DNA of 64,000 bases. It comes from Fimicolochytrium jonesii (lineage: Eukaryota). The notes beneath the pieces were generated by a model. It made no database searches and was not told the origin of the DNA. It saw only the letters and a program-made list of their open reading frames with translations. The DNA is taken from the NCBI RefSeq assembly GCF_025526975.1, contig NW_026515669.1, positions 1 through 64,000 on the forward strand, given 5' to 3'. The position numbers were made by a program, and so were the translations under genes. Numbering within the stretch: the first letter of the stretch is position 1; each line of letters opens with the position of its first letter. Positions 47,211-60,000 of this stretch are shown piece after piece.

Positions 47211-48864
47211 CTACACAGCAGCAGCAGCAGCAGCACCAGCCTCCTTCTCCCGTCCTCCGCTCCTCGACGCAGACCCCGCCATCCGCCACATCCCCACCGT
47301 CGACATGAAAAACACCACCGCCATCCCGACCAACAGATAAATCACCAGTCGGCGCATCGATACCCTCCCCCCACTGCCATCAAAACCATGGATTAGCATT
47401 CATGTTTTGCGCAAGCAGTGGTATGAGATAGATACGCACCAATTTAAATTCCCACCGCCACTCATCGGATGCAAACTCGTCGTCCGTCGTCCATACTTAT
47501 CCGCATCGCTGTCTATCCTCAACATGCTCGATTTGCGCGATAACGTGTTCGCGGAATGTGGGGCGGAGCGGGATGATAGGGGTGTTGTTGGAAGCGAGGA
47601 GGAGGAGTGTGGCGGTGGTGGGTAGGTGGATAGGGCGGGGGGTTTAGTTGTGATGCGTGGGATTGCGGGGGATGTTGGGTTGGATACCGATGGGGGGGCA
47701 GGTGTCTGTGTATCATAGGAGACGGATGAGTTTGATGCGGTTGGGGATGGCGGTGATGAGCGGTCGTGACTTTTCTTACCAGGGATGAGGAACGGAGAGT
47801 ATATGGTGATCCGTTCCGGAGATGAGTGTCGCCGAGTGTGTCGCGGATGTGGTGCGCGGTGGGGGTGGTTTTGTCGGGGGTTGGCCATATCGGGGACTGA
47901 AAACGATGATAGGTGTCAGAGGACTGTTGGGACGGGACCAGATCCAGGACATCAGGCGGGTGCGTTCTTTCTTGCCTATACGGCTCGCTGTCCGCTCTGC
48001 ATGCGTCAGGAATTCTTGCGCCTACGGTGCTCGCCTTTCCTCTCTTCCTCCCTCCCACTCCATCATTCTCGCTCCCTCTTTAGAGCGCGGTCGTTCATCA
48101 ACCATCCCTCAACCACGCATCAAACGAATGATACCCTGCTCGCTCCGCTCGCGACGAGGATGTTGGGTTGCGGTGGGCGGAGCGTAGCTCTCCTTGCTCG
48201 CAACAGATCTGACGCTCGCTGAGCTCGCCAAGAATCGTGGTTAGAGGTCGCGCTCGCTGTCAATCGCGAATACGTTCGCCTAGGGCTCGCCAGCCTCAAG
48301 CATCCCATCTGTCCCACTCGCTCCGCTCGGCCTCTCGTCATTCCAAACTCACCATACATTCCGGACACCCCCCACCTCCATCCCCGTTCCCAGCCGATAT
48401 CCACCCCTTCAAACACCCCACATGAAACACATGCAAACAACATAATCGCAGACACTGCTGTCCTTCTAATCGATTACTGCATATCCCGCAGTTGGGGGAA
48501 TAGTCGGAGTTTTCGAGCCAGGCCAGGTAGGGGCGGACAATGCACGATGGGTGATCTGTACGCGGAGGGGGGGATTAGACATGAGCTGATGGCCCGGGAC
48601 GGACGCGGGCAGGCAAGGGAAGACAGATAATGGGAGGAGATATGATTGTTTGCCGTACCTGTAAGCATACACCTATCGCAGACATTCTTGCGGTGGTTGA
48701 AGCAGACTGAAAATAGCGGACGGAGTTGGGTCAGTTTCGCATCTCGCACCGACGGCAGCAAATGAATAGACATCTTCGCGCAAAGTGCGAGCAAGTGGGT
48801 ATTTTGCGTTGAGGTGGTGCTTACATAGGTTTGTGACCTTCCTGCAGCCGCTGCATAGACCCAT
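47211..48864 (-). CDS. ZFPL1: ZFPL1-like Golgi zinc-finger protein
   Basis: Spliced MGLCSGCRKVTNL..CFNHRKNVCDR..HPSCIVRPYLAWLENSDYSPNCGIC..CLHVFHVGC..CPEC..PIWP..DADKYGRR..C-terminal TM. The RING exon is missing from the ORF track and was translated by hand. Confidence 0.88.
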
Positions 48865-49451
48865 GTTGGTGGAAGGCGGGGTATGTGTTCCAAGTGTGGG
48901 AGGTGTTCCAAGAGTGGCTGGGTAAGTGGGTGCGGGTGTGTTTCTGCGCGGAAGGTAAGGAGTGTGCGGCGGCTGCTCCCGCTGGTGCACCGTTGATTTC
49001 AAGCTGACGACGAAAGGTGGTTGGTGTAAGTGATGATGCCGTTGCCGTTGCCGTTGCTGTAATTGGACGCCCTGTCAAGAGCGAAAGCGGCCGCAGAAGG
49101 AATCTGAATTTGAAGGACCCACGCGTTCAACGTCGCGTTGGTTCTGTCTTGTTTCTCGCTCCAAAAAATGCAGTGCGCTGGGCCAACGGTCTGCCTCCAT
49201 GAGGACGAAAACCACCTTCTCGGCTCAACCTATGCGCCCCTGTGGCACATACGGATGATGTGGCCCATATGCAAACAGCAGGCCAGGTAATTTGACCACA
49301 TTCGGCTCCTTGAAGGAAATGATATGTGATCTTGTCTATTGTAAACGACACCAGTCTCGTCTGAGCAACCCGCATAATAAAGTCTGATGGCAACCAGACA
49401 TATTTTCTCTATACGAAGCACTGTTCTGAGATCTTCCTACGTACACGCTAT

Positions 49452-50883
49452 CTACGCCTTAGTCTGACTGACCTTTCCCTCGCTCGCAATGCTCTCCATA
49501 ACCGCCTCACAAAACGCCACATACGCCTTCACATATAGCCCATCCTCAACCTTCAACTGCTCCCTCGTCACGTGCATCTCAAAGTAGTGCTCGCGCGTAT
49601 CCTCCGGCTCCACGGGCGTCCGTCCCGCATCCACCTCCTCCTGCCTCTTAGTCCGCGCGACAATCGCCTGCTTCTTCTCCTCCACGCTCTCCGTCCACGG
49701 CGCAAATCTCGCCGCGATTCGGATACGGTGCTGCTTCTCCACCAGCGCAACGGCGTCTTTGAGCTGCTGGGATGTTGCACCGTGGAAACGGATCACGGTT
49801 TGCGAGCAGGTTGGGATGGAGGGTTCAAAGACGATAAAGCGGGAGCCGTCTGGCGCGTGGAAGGGGGAGGTGGCTTGTGTGATGGCGGCGGCTACGGATT
49901 TGAGCTTGGCGTATTTTTGCGCGAACGTGCCGATGTTTTCGTTGAACCCTCGTTCGCAATCGATGGTTTCTTGGTAGGATGTAATGGGGTTGACGCCCGC
50001 GCGTCTCCGCCATGTTTTGGTGGCCGCCATGAAGCTTTCGTTATCGCTGGCGAGTATCGCGCCCGCGTGTCCTCCCAATCCTTTGTAGAGGCTGACATAG
50101 ACAGAATCGAACAATGCGGTGATATCCTTGATCGATTTCCCGCTTTGCTCTTGATAGTAAGGCTCAATCTCCCACAACCTTGCGCCGTCCAAATGCAGTG
50201 CGACCCCAGCCGCGCGGCAGAGTTTCGAAATGTGCACTAGATCCTCGAAAAGGAATGTCCGGCAAGCCAGCTCGCGGTTGGGTACTTCCAGCAGAATCAC
50301 AGCAGGACGCTCCGCTTCGGGGAGAGTCGTTAAAGTTTCGATATCCGCGACCGTTGGCACCTTTGTGGGTTCGCCGATGAGTGTGCGCCGCAAGCCCCAC
50401 AAAGTGTCGAAAGCACTCTCTTCATGGCCTTCCAAGTGCGATAGATGGTGCCATGCGGCAAGATTGTTGCCCTTTCCGGTGCAATGCTCTTTCAATGCCG
50501 ATAGTTGTGCGGCCACGCCTGTGAAAACCAAAAGTCAGACATCTTGCAGCGAAAAAGAGAGAATTGAGTATAGCACGCTTACCAGTCCCAAAGAACAATC
50601 CATGCTTCTTCCCCAACACCTTCTCCGCCACATGCCCCTGGAATTTCTTCATATGCCCACCAGCCCCGTACACATCCATCTCGACGTCGGGTTTCCCCAC
50701 CTCCGGCAAACAGAACAGATGCTCCCGGTCGGTAAATGTCTCGGCGCCAAGCACATTCTCGAGATACTTCCGAGGATGCTGAGCGTAGTCGAGGGAACGC
50801 TGCATGCGCTTAACCCCGGAGCACTTGAAATCGGGTGTGAGCAGGGTCAGGGGGGTGTCCTCGGTTTCAATCGGGGCGGTCAT
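49452..50883 (-). CDS. GLY1: Low-specificity L-threonine aldolase (PLP-dependent), one intron
   Basis: DVYG, LHLDGARLWE, SVYVSLYKGLGG; phase-1 intron GTAAGC..CAG near 50520-50582. Confidence 0.85.
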
Positions 50884-51615
50884 CGTTGGTGTTCTTTTCG
50901 AGTAAGTTCCAAATGAGGACGGTGCTTCCGATGGAAGGGTTGGGGGGGAGCGGGAAGCGAGCTGTACTTATGCGGTCGAGAGCGCACTCGGGTGGCGGAT
51001 TGGTGGACAAGCCCTGTGGGTGGAGTGGAATCTGTGGAGATGTCTGTCCTACCAAGTCTCTGTCTGGCTTATGGCATCCATGATCCTACGCGTACGCAAT
51101 GGGCTTCTACTAGCGGACGAACGCGTTCCAACTTTCCCTGCGTCCGTTAGACTCTTCCCACGATGTTTACTGGCGGGACTGCGGTGGCCCTACCATCCGC
51201 CGGTATGGCTGCAAGACGTGTTCACCTTACAAATGCGAAGATTGCAGGCTTTACGTCATGATGAAGAGGGACGTTTCAGGCAAACGTCTCTGTGCCGACT
51301 GCAATCCCTACTTGCAAACGTCGAGACGAACGAGCACGGGCACCGGAACTACGAGGTGCTGCAGTCATTCGGTCATCCACCAATAAATCAAGAGCGCAAG
51401 CAGTTCCCAGACCAGTTAGGCCGGACGACTACTATCAGCAGAACACGCGCTCTGCTTCGAGCAGTACACCGATGTCGTCCGCGTGAATTCGTATAGGGGT
51501 GCACGGCAAAGCGCATGCACATGGCCAATCAACGGTGACGGCGTTATCTGTTTCGCACTTGAAATGATAACTGCCAGAAATCACGCGTCCGTTTGCATAA
51601 GAATAGGGGTGTCCC

Positions 51616-53063
51616 TCATTCGCGCCGGGGTTCGGATAGTGTGCGCTGTGCTGAAGAGAAGCGATGATCTAGCTCAAGGGCCGTTGCCCGGAAGTCCCGT
51701 GGCGGTCGTCTTGTGGATCGAGGATAAGATACTGGCCCGTAAGATACTGGCCCGTAAGAAACGTGGTCTCTGGCCTCCGGCGCCCTAAGAGTCTCAAACC
51801 GCATCCGTCCAACCAAGTTATCCGTTGTCGCCATATGGTTCTGCATCGCTAGCACCGCACAAGCGAAATCGAGCCTCTGATCGCTCCAGAGCAAGTCAAA
51901 TGTACGGCTCCGTTTGAGAAGTACGTGCACGTCGGAAGGAAGGTTGACACTTGTTTGGATGGCGTCGAGGTAAGTTGCTGGGAAGAAGGTGTGGACGATA
52001 TATGCTTCTCGGCGGTGGATTCCAATCACGAACGCCTGCACAAGAACGAAATCGCGCACTTCAGTAAATGCTATCTCCGATGCAAGTTGGATGCAAACTA
52101 AAGCTGACCTCCTGATCGCCGGGGGCTTTCTCCCGGTTCTTGACAGCAATTGCTAAACATCCGGCGAAAAGCCTAGCATTGAGGTCATCGTCTCCAGAAT
52201 GTCGCTTTGCCTAGAAGCATCCTTTAGCTTATCGTTTTTCAAGATGCCCTAATTACTCAAAAGCTCCACACACCTCGATGTCACATAGCGCAATCCCACC
52301 AACAAGCTTTCCTCGTTTCGAACCTCTGAGCCGCCGTGGAATGAAACGCCCATCTGTATTGACAGCGGCCTGTAATCCACCGCAGAGTGATAAGGTGCTG
52401 TGAAAACGTCCTCGACTGCATGAGGGTTACAAAATCAGTCAGCCGCAAACTCGGCATTGGAACCGCATTAAAGAGGCAAGGAACGTACCACAACTCGATA
52501 CCATAGGGCTTGTTATCCCGGACAACAGTCGGTCCCAACTCAGTAACGAGTAGGAGAAAAAACCTCAGGAGAGTTCCCGCAAAGTGGTCCACCTCGTTTT
52601 CCGCCACCTCGTCTTCCTCCACCTCGTCTTCCTCCACCTCGTCTTCCTCCACAAGGGCCGTCGTGGAAGCACTTGGAATCGTGTCCGTCCCATATTCATC
52701 CACGGCGGCCTGTAGCTGCCGGTAAAACCAATAAGACTCAGACCGTAGCGCAGTCTTGATAACCTGGTCGTCCGGTAGTCTCTCGACATCCTCGGCACAC
52801 ACGACGTCTCCGTCAAGAGCAAAGAGGGACTGTCGACCGGCCCTAACCAAGTCCCGCGACGGTATCAGGTGGAGAGGCACCACGGCTTCGACCGGTAGGT
52901 TTGCCTTTGTGACGACATGAAAGGCAGATAAGTGGTTTGGGCCCCATTTGGAAGCGGAGCCCAAGGATGCGGGAGGCGGCTGGCGGAATGCGTACGAGCG
53001 AAGCTCTTCGATTCCAAACGGAAAGTTAAGATCACCGGCTCTCTCTGCGAGGTGGGAGGCCAT
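51616..53063 (-). CDS. Multi-exon hypothetical protein, PD-(D/E)xK-like
   Basis: SASKWGPNHL N-terminus, (EEDEV)n repeat, spliced CDIE|AKR motif, C-terminal AFVIGIH..YLDAI..RSRTFDL. Confidence 0.55.
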
Positions 53064-54152
53064 GCTGCTCTAACTGCTGTACATATGTGTATGTGCGAGA
53101 GCGAGGTTTGCGTGTGGGTGTGTGGTTAGGGCCTGATGAAGTGGAGAGCTTTGCGTGGTGTGCTGAGAATTCCTTGAGAATTTGAAAACTCCTTCCCGTC
53201 TATCTCTTTTTCGCTCGAGCAAACTGACTCCTAAGGATCATCGGACGCACAACGTCCTACACTCTCCAGACTAAGCATTTGCTCTCATCCTTTCACAATT
53301 AGCCTGTACTCACGGACAATTCTGCCTTCACGCACAGAATCCCTTACAAATACACACGGTACGGGCAGCGCCGCAAACGGCGTTCGAAAGGGTTTTCACG
53401 GAGCATAGCGCTGCGAGATGCATACACACACGGCGGGCGGGCGGGGCGGTTGAAAGGGCTGTTGGGGTTACAGTTGGTTGTTGTGGGGGGGCAATGGCAG
53501 CGTAAGGTGAGTGGAAGTCACATGTGGGAATCCTTCTAGCTTCTAGAAACCTCAGAAAGCGGGTATCCTCGCCCCGCCGCGTGGACGTCACAGTCCAAGG
53601 CAAATAGCCGTCAATTTTGCACGCGTTATCTCGCCCCCCCGCCCCCCCCCCCCCCCCCCCCCCCTTGCTGGCGAAGCGCTGAAGGCGGGTAGGGATGTGC
53701 GGGCTTCTTTAAGTGCACGACTTTGACGGCCATTTTTCGACACTCCTCCCTTGCCCAAGTACGCCGCCTCGATGGAGCCATGTGCGAGCCTGTGTTTTGC
53801 ACATACAGTTGAATAGAAGCGTTTGGGCGAGTTCCAATGACAGACGCAGATGGACATACACACGCAAATCATCATTCTGATCTGTTCGACGACCGAAGAT
53901 TACTCTACATTGTTTATCGTAAACGGCGTAAGAACAAGCCAAGCACATACGCCGTGGTACTGCAACACTGGGACCCATAGTCCGCCTGATGCGTTTCCAA
54001 CCACTACGTTTCCACCCGACAGATTCCCCCCTCCTTCCACCTCCCCTTCTCTATTTTTCCCTTATGCACTCTGTTTCCCGTCTCCAAAAGTCCCTCCTGT
54101 TCGATCTGACATCGGGTGAAAAGTTCAACATGGTGTGATAATCCATCCACTG

Positions 54153-56212
54153 CTACGAAGTCAACTTGATGACTGTTTTCCGCTGGCGTTTGGTGTCAAC
54201 CTTCAGCGGCGTTGGCGGGAGTCTCGATGGGGAGTCTTCTTGTCCTGGTTTGCGGGAGGCTTGTGCGAGAGCGTACTGTTTGATTTTCGAGATTCTATCC
54301 ATCAAGACTTCCGTAGATAGAATGCTTTCCGTGATCGCTAGTGCCGAGCCGTTGCCCAGGTCCCTCGGGACCGTCATACGCCCAACCTCTACGGCAACAA
54401 ACATTTTCGGCAGCATGTACACTTCATACACCCTGCCTTCAAGTCCTGTCAAATGTACCGCCACCTTTGGTATCGTTAAGTCATGAAAATAAAATCTGTG
54501 TGGACAAACAAAGATTTTAGCGACTTGTCCCGTAGTACACTTCCACTCTCGTTTGCAGCTCACCCATGATATTCGTGTTTGAACCAATCCACGCAATGTA
54601 GAACCGATCGCGCTTTGTCCTTCTTCTTCTCAAGCGGAGAAGCCCACGGCGATTTGATCTCACACGCCATCAGCGCGCGTTTTGATAAGCAAGTTCGCCG
54701 CCGCATGTGGATATTGACGTCGGGGCGTAGGTTACTAGCCTCAGTTGCGTTATCAATATTGTAGTCAAGGTGTGGATCAATCAACATGCAGAGCAACGGG
54801 ACAACATGTTTCACGGTCCATGTGGGCTCCAGCAATCTCTCTGGTTCCTCCTCATCGAGGTGCTGTTGGAGGTTTTGCAGGGTGAGAGCACGAGCGCACT
54901 GCGTGGTGTCTCGGTCGTCCGGCATGCGTGGTGTCCAGCGTCGTCCGTCTCGGTTCGCCTTAAGCATGGCTTTCACGTCAGGTAATAGACTAGTCATGTC
55001 GTCTATCTCCGGTAACAGTCGCGGCTCAAAATGGCACCATAGCTTGGCCCAATCCTCAGCGGTAATGTGATTTTGATATGCGATTGGTCTCAGCGGTGTG
55101 ATCAGAAGACAACTGAAAACGCCCAAATAGTCCTCAGTGTCCTGCAGCGAAATGTCCGCATCTTCCTTCAGTATCCTTCTTTGAATATCCTGCAGTAGTC
55201 GCCCAGCATCGACTCCATTGATAAGAACCTCCTCCGATTCTAGCTCCAGTATCGACGCGCTAAGCCTTTCAGAGACAGTGGAGACGGCCAAATTGTCCCC
55301 TTCCTGCACACACGGGCCGTCGAGTATCGAAGATATTGCTTTGATAGGCGTGCTCGGTAACTGAATGTTATGAGTTCGCTTCGGTTGCTTCGAACGAACG
55401 TTTTCTGGGCATCCGGGAAGGGGTCGCTTCTCGCCGATCGGTGATCCACCCATGAGCTTTTTGCGCGCAATTTGGGCATCGTCGGCGGATGATTTCCTCT
55501 CGTTGAGGTATTGCAGTTTGGCGGCCTCGAATTCGGATTTTCTCTAGGATAAGGCAGCGGGAAAAACACGTTCACATCAGTAATGGCTTCCGTGGGTGGA
55601 ACCTCCGTTTCACCAACTGCACATTGCGAAATCCTGGCACCCAAGCAGACGAGTGTTGTGGCTCTGCAGACTCCCAAGAGTGGATTGGATAGCAGGCTCT
55701 CCCGTCTCCAACCGGACAAGTGCACCATTGCTCAAGGCACACGACACCATTGCCTAGGATGCTTCCTCAGACCCTTTTGGTAAGGATGCCGATTCGCACA
55801 CCCCAGCCACAACGCTCGGGAAATCTGCTTGCAGGATCCGCCCAAATAAAATGCAGAGACAAGTGCACCATTGCTCAGAGCACAAGATGCCATTGCCCAG
55901 AACGCCTCATCAGACCCTTGCGGATGCCGATTAACACGTCCCGCCGCGGTACAAGCGGCTCGTAGCACTTTTTACCAGAATCTCGTTAACCGTCAAAGAT
56001 TGACTTACCACGAGCAGCGTCTTCACCGCATCCTTCCATCGGGCCTTTTTCTGCACGTCTGGTGCTCCCAGCGACGAATCCGCGTACGTGTCCAAGTCAT
56101 CCGAAAACCGATACAACTCGTTCTTCCACGAGTTCCAGTCAATTGCGGCCGCGTTCGCAAAGTACGTGTTCAGAGTTGGGAACTCGAGAGCTGATAAGGT
56201 CCGCCTCGCCAT
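54153..56212 (-). CDS. Multi-exon PD-(D/E)xK restriction-endonuclease-fold protein (Crinkler-effector-like)
   Basis: EPTWTVKHVVPLL..RPDVNI..MACEIKSP; an intron joins ORFs 54560-55453 and 54153-54596; probable first exon 56212 to ~56009 ending at GTAAGT. Confidence 0.6.
55715..55932. repeat. Imperfect direct repeat of ~75-80 bp
   Basis: gacaagtgcaccattgctca..tcagaccctt..ggatgccgatt at 55715-55794 and 55858-55932. Confidence 0.7.
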
Positions 56213-57062
56213 TGTGCTGGCAGCTGGTCTGGAGGCTGCAATGGATGGCGATTCGATTCTAATCTACCGCTCTAAGGAAATGTTAGGTCTAGCCCAGTAG
56301 ATCTCGTCCGCCACGGCCTCGGCTCTCAATATGGGGGGGGCTTGGCACGCGTCTTTCACGCGTCTTTCAATGGATGAGAAGGTTTTCAATGGATGAGGAG
56401 AAGGTTAGATTTATTCGAGCTCTTGACTATCGGGACTGGATGGGACTCTTGACTATGGGACTGGGATTACATATCCTGAAGGCATATTCAGTTCCAACGC
56501 TCAAAAAAAACTTCATATTGCAGCTGACGGGGTTCATACCTCTACCATTTACACTTCCTACGGTGGCCTATTGAGATCATCCGCTTAGATCCCAGCCGCA
56601 TCCGCACTACGTCATTCAAGTTCAAACGGCTACTGTTCGAGCTTCACACTTTCGCATCCTTTTTCACACGCGTGCAGCTTGTTGGCACAATAAATGGACC
56701 GAATAATGGAGTTCACCTCCTTAGGACGATCTGATATGCGGCGTATGAACTTGGATGGGAACCCGTATGAACTTGATTAGGTAGTTGCGTATGAAGTTAT
56801 GAAGACACGCTTGCTTTTAATCCGGAAATAAACTGAGCCCTCCATCACGTGCCCGCTGGGCCGTCCGCGAACTTCGGGGACAACGATCAAGGGACTGCCA
56901 CTTCACTGATACTGGAGAGTTATTGGTGCCGGAACAAAAGCAGGTCCCCAACGGATTTAGATATATACTAGGGTGCTAACACAGATCCCATTGCGATTAC
57001 TTCTATCGCTTCATGTGCGAATCTCGCCGCTATCAAGTCAACCGGATCCCGTCGCAAATAAC

Positions 57063-60000
57063 TCATTGCCGCTCGTGAAGTTTCGCAAACGCCGACGATT
57101 TATTCACCAGTAGGCGGCGAGGGTCGTCGAACTCCTGGATAGTACCCGCATCCAGGACCAACACTTTGTCACTTGCACAAATGGTATCGATTCGATGAGC
57201 GATGGAAATGACCGTCTTGCCCGCAAACCGGGTGGTGATGATGCGCTGCATGGCCGCGTCGGTGGCGGAGTCGACCGAGGCAGTCGCTTCGTCCAGGATG
57301 ATGATCTTTTGAGAATGGAGATCAGGTTTAGTCAAGCCGTGGATTTTATGCTGGCGTTCCATGTGGGATATGCTTACCTTGGCATCCCTGAGAACGGCGC
57401 GACCGAGACTGAGGATCTGTCGCTGTCCTACGGAGAAGTTCGACCCTCCCTCCTCGACCTTATGATCCAGGCCTCCTTCCAGGTCCTGCACATACTTTTT
57501 GAGGCCGATATCTTCCAGCACAGCCCAGATGGCCTGGTCCGTATGCTCGTTGAAAGGATCCATGTTGAATCGAATCGTTTGCGAGAAGAGGACAGGCTCT
57601 TGAGTTACGAGCCCAACTTTCGAGCGCAGCGTGGAGGATGGGATGGAGTCAATGTCGATACCATCGATCAGGATGCTACCGGATAAGAGCGGCTCGGAGT
57701 TCTCTCCTGAGATATCGACCGTCGTAGAGCGGGCCGCGCTCGCTCGATAGTCGATGAAGTGCAGCAGCGCCTGCGCAAGGGAGCTCTTCCCAGCGCCCGT
57801 TCTACCACACACTCCAATCTTTGAGCCGGCCTCAAAGACCAAGGTCAAATTCTTCAACACCGGCTGAGCATCCTCCGTGTATCGCAGAGAGTAGTCGCGG
57901 AACTCGATCCTGCCTTCGGTCGGCCATTGCGCCGGAATATCGACAGCCGGTTCCGTCAAATCCTTCTCCTGAACAAGATCCATGTACTCGATAACCCGAC
58001 CAAACGGCGCAGTCATGGCACCTAAGAAGGAGAACAAGACGACAAACATATTCAAATCTTGCGTGATGGACATGAGGTACGTGAGCATCAGCCCGGCCGA
58101 GGCCGACGACACGGACGATGGCGAAAGCACAGCTACGATTCCGACGGCAGCGACCAGGAAGGCGCCACATAGCTGGGTCAGGATCGAAAGCCATGCTTGG
58201 AGAGAGACGTTGAGGAAAGCGTAGCGCTGGCGGTCAGATACTTTTTCGAGCACTTTGTCGAGGAAGTGGGATCGGAGGCCAAACGCACGGATGGTGTCGC
58301 TGCCCTCGGCGACTTCGATGAGGGAGCTGGCGATGGGGGACATCATGATCATGGAATGGCGGTTGACCGGGGTGGATATGTTGAGGAAAATCTTGGCGAG
58401 GAAGCCGAAACCAATGGCTATATCAGAGGGAGGAGGAAGCGATTGATGAGCAGAGTAAACGATGAGGTTGAAAGCGCAGGGAGAGCATAAATACATACCG
58501 GTAACAGCGACAGGCAGCAAGACAATCGGAAGAGTGATGATGGCCGGCAAAATGTCGATCAGAAGTATGAGAAGTAAAGCGGCCGTCATATGGACGTTAG
58601 GAGGTATATATATGTCGACATACTCGAGGTCATCCGACAATCGGTTGGCAATACGACCCAGTGGGTTATCGTCGAAGAAGCGCAGTGGCATGTGGATAAG
58701 TCGCCGGAACATGGAGGCGTGAATCGTAGCCGAGGCTTGGATTCCGGCAAATCCCATGAAAATATACATAGGGACAAAGCTGAGGATCGACGCAACTATG
58801 GTCAAGGCGCCGAAACCGGCCAGGTAGATCCCGAGAGGCTTCTCGAACGTCCCGCTAGCATTGATATCGTTTTGCCAGTATGCCAAGAAGAATCGAGAGC
58901 CGAGAGTAATACCGGCGTTCAGTAAGTTGGTGAAAATCCAAGCGAGTCGAACAGGGGTTGAGCTTCGGACATGGAAAGAACGGATGCGCATGAGTATTCA
59001 GCCTACAATAGCGACCCACATTCGGAAGTTTCGCGAACACAAACGACTTACCAAGCCTTGAAGTAACGAAGGTATGCGCTCCACTGATTCGCTTTGCTCG
59101 AAGCTTTCTCGACGTTTGCATCTTCCTTGACCTCGGAAGCATTCCATTTGACTTGATCATCCGGAACGTCCCCAGAGGCGAGATCAACGGAGGCATTCAC
59201 AACGGCAGGTTCAAGGCCCAAAGAACGTGGGCTACCATGTTCACTGACGCTGCCGTCCGTTATGCGAACGATCTGATCGGCGAATGGGAGGAACTTTTCA
59301 GCGTGGGTGACCAAAACGACGGTCTTCCCGGAAAGCAAACCGCCCTTGCCCAAGAGCTGGTTGTAGACATGCGTGGCGACATGTGCATCCAGCGCGGAGA
59401 ATGGGTCGTCCAATAGGTATATGTCGGCGTCCCTTCGGTATACAGCACGCGCAATCGATAGTCGAGCTTGCTGTCCTCCCGACAGCGTGCCTCCCTTATC
59501 CCCCACTGACGTGTCGACACCATCCGATAGTGCGTGGATGTCTGGAACGAGACCGCACGCGCGGGTGACTTTACGAAACCACGCTTCGTCATACACTTCG
59601 CCGAGAAGGATGTTGCCTTTGACGGTGTCGTTGAGAATCCAGGGTTTTTGAGCAACGTACGCGATGCGGCCGGAAACGTGAACTACACCAGTGCTCGACT
59701 CAACATCGCCCAGGATGGATGCTAGTAACGTGGATTTGCCGGCTCCAGTAGGACCAACGACGATTACGAGTTCACCTTTGTTGACTGAAAGGTTGATGGA
59801 CGAAAGGGTTGGGGAAGTGATGTGGGCCCACGAGAACGTTCCTGTCACGATCGAGATGGCGATATTGTCGTTGTGATTGGGGACTTTCAGAGTAGCATCT
59901 ACAGATGTGATTTCATCGGTGAGGGTATCACGACTCGACACTTCGGAAGCGACCAGCAGGTTCTGAACGCGTTTGAGGGATGCGAAGGCACCGCGCAGCT

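Noticed and set aside
53328..54119. Short ORFs around the poly-C tract
   Set aside because: No recognisable motif or consistent splice model.
56345..56470. Serial 11-20 bp micro-duplications
   Set aside because: Consistent with replication slippage; no further structure seen.
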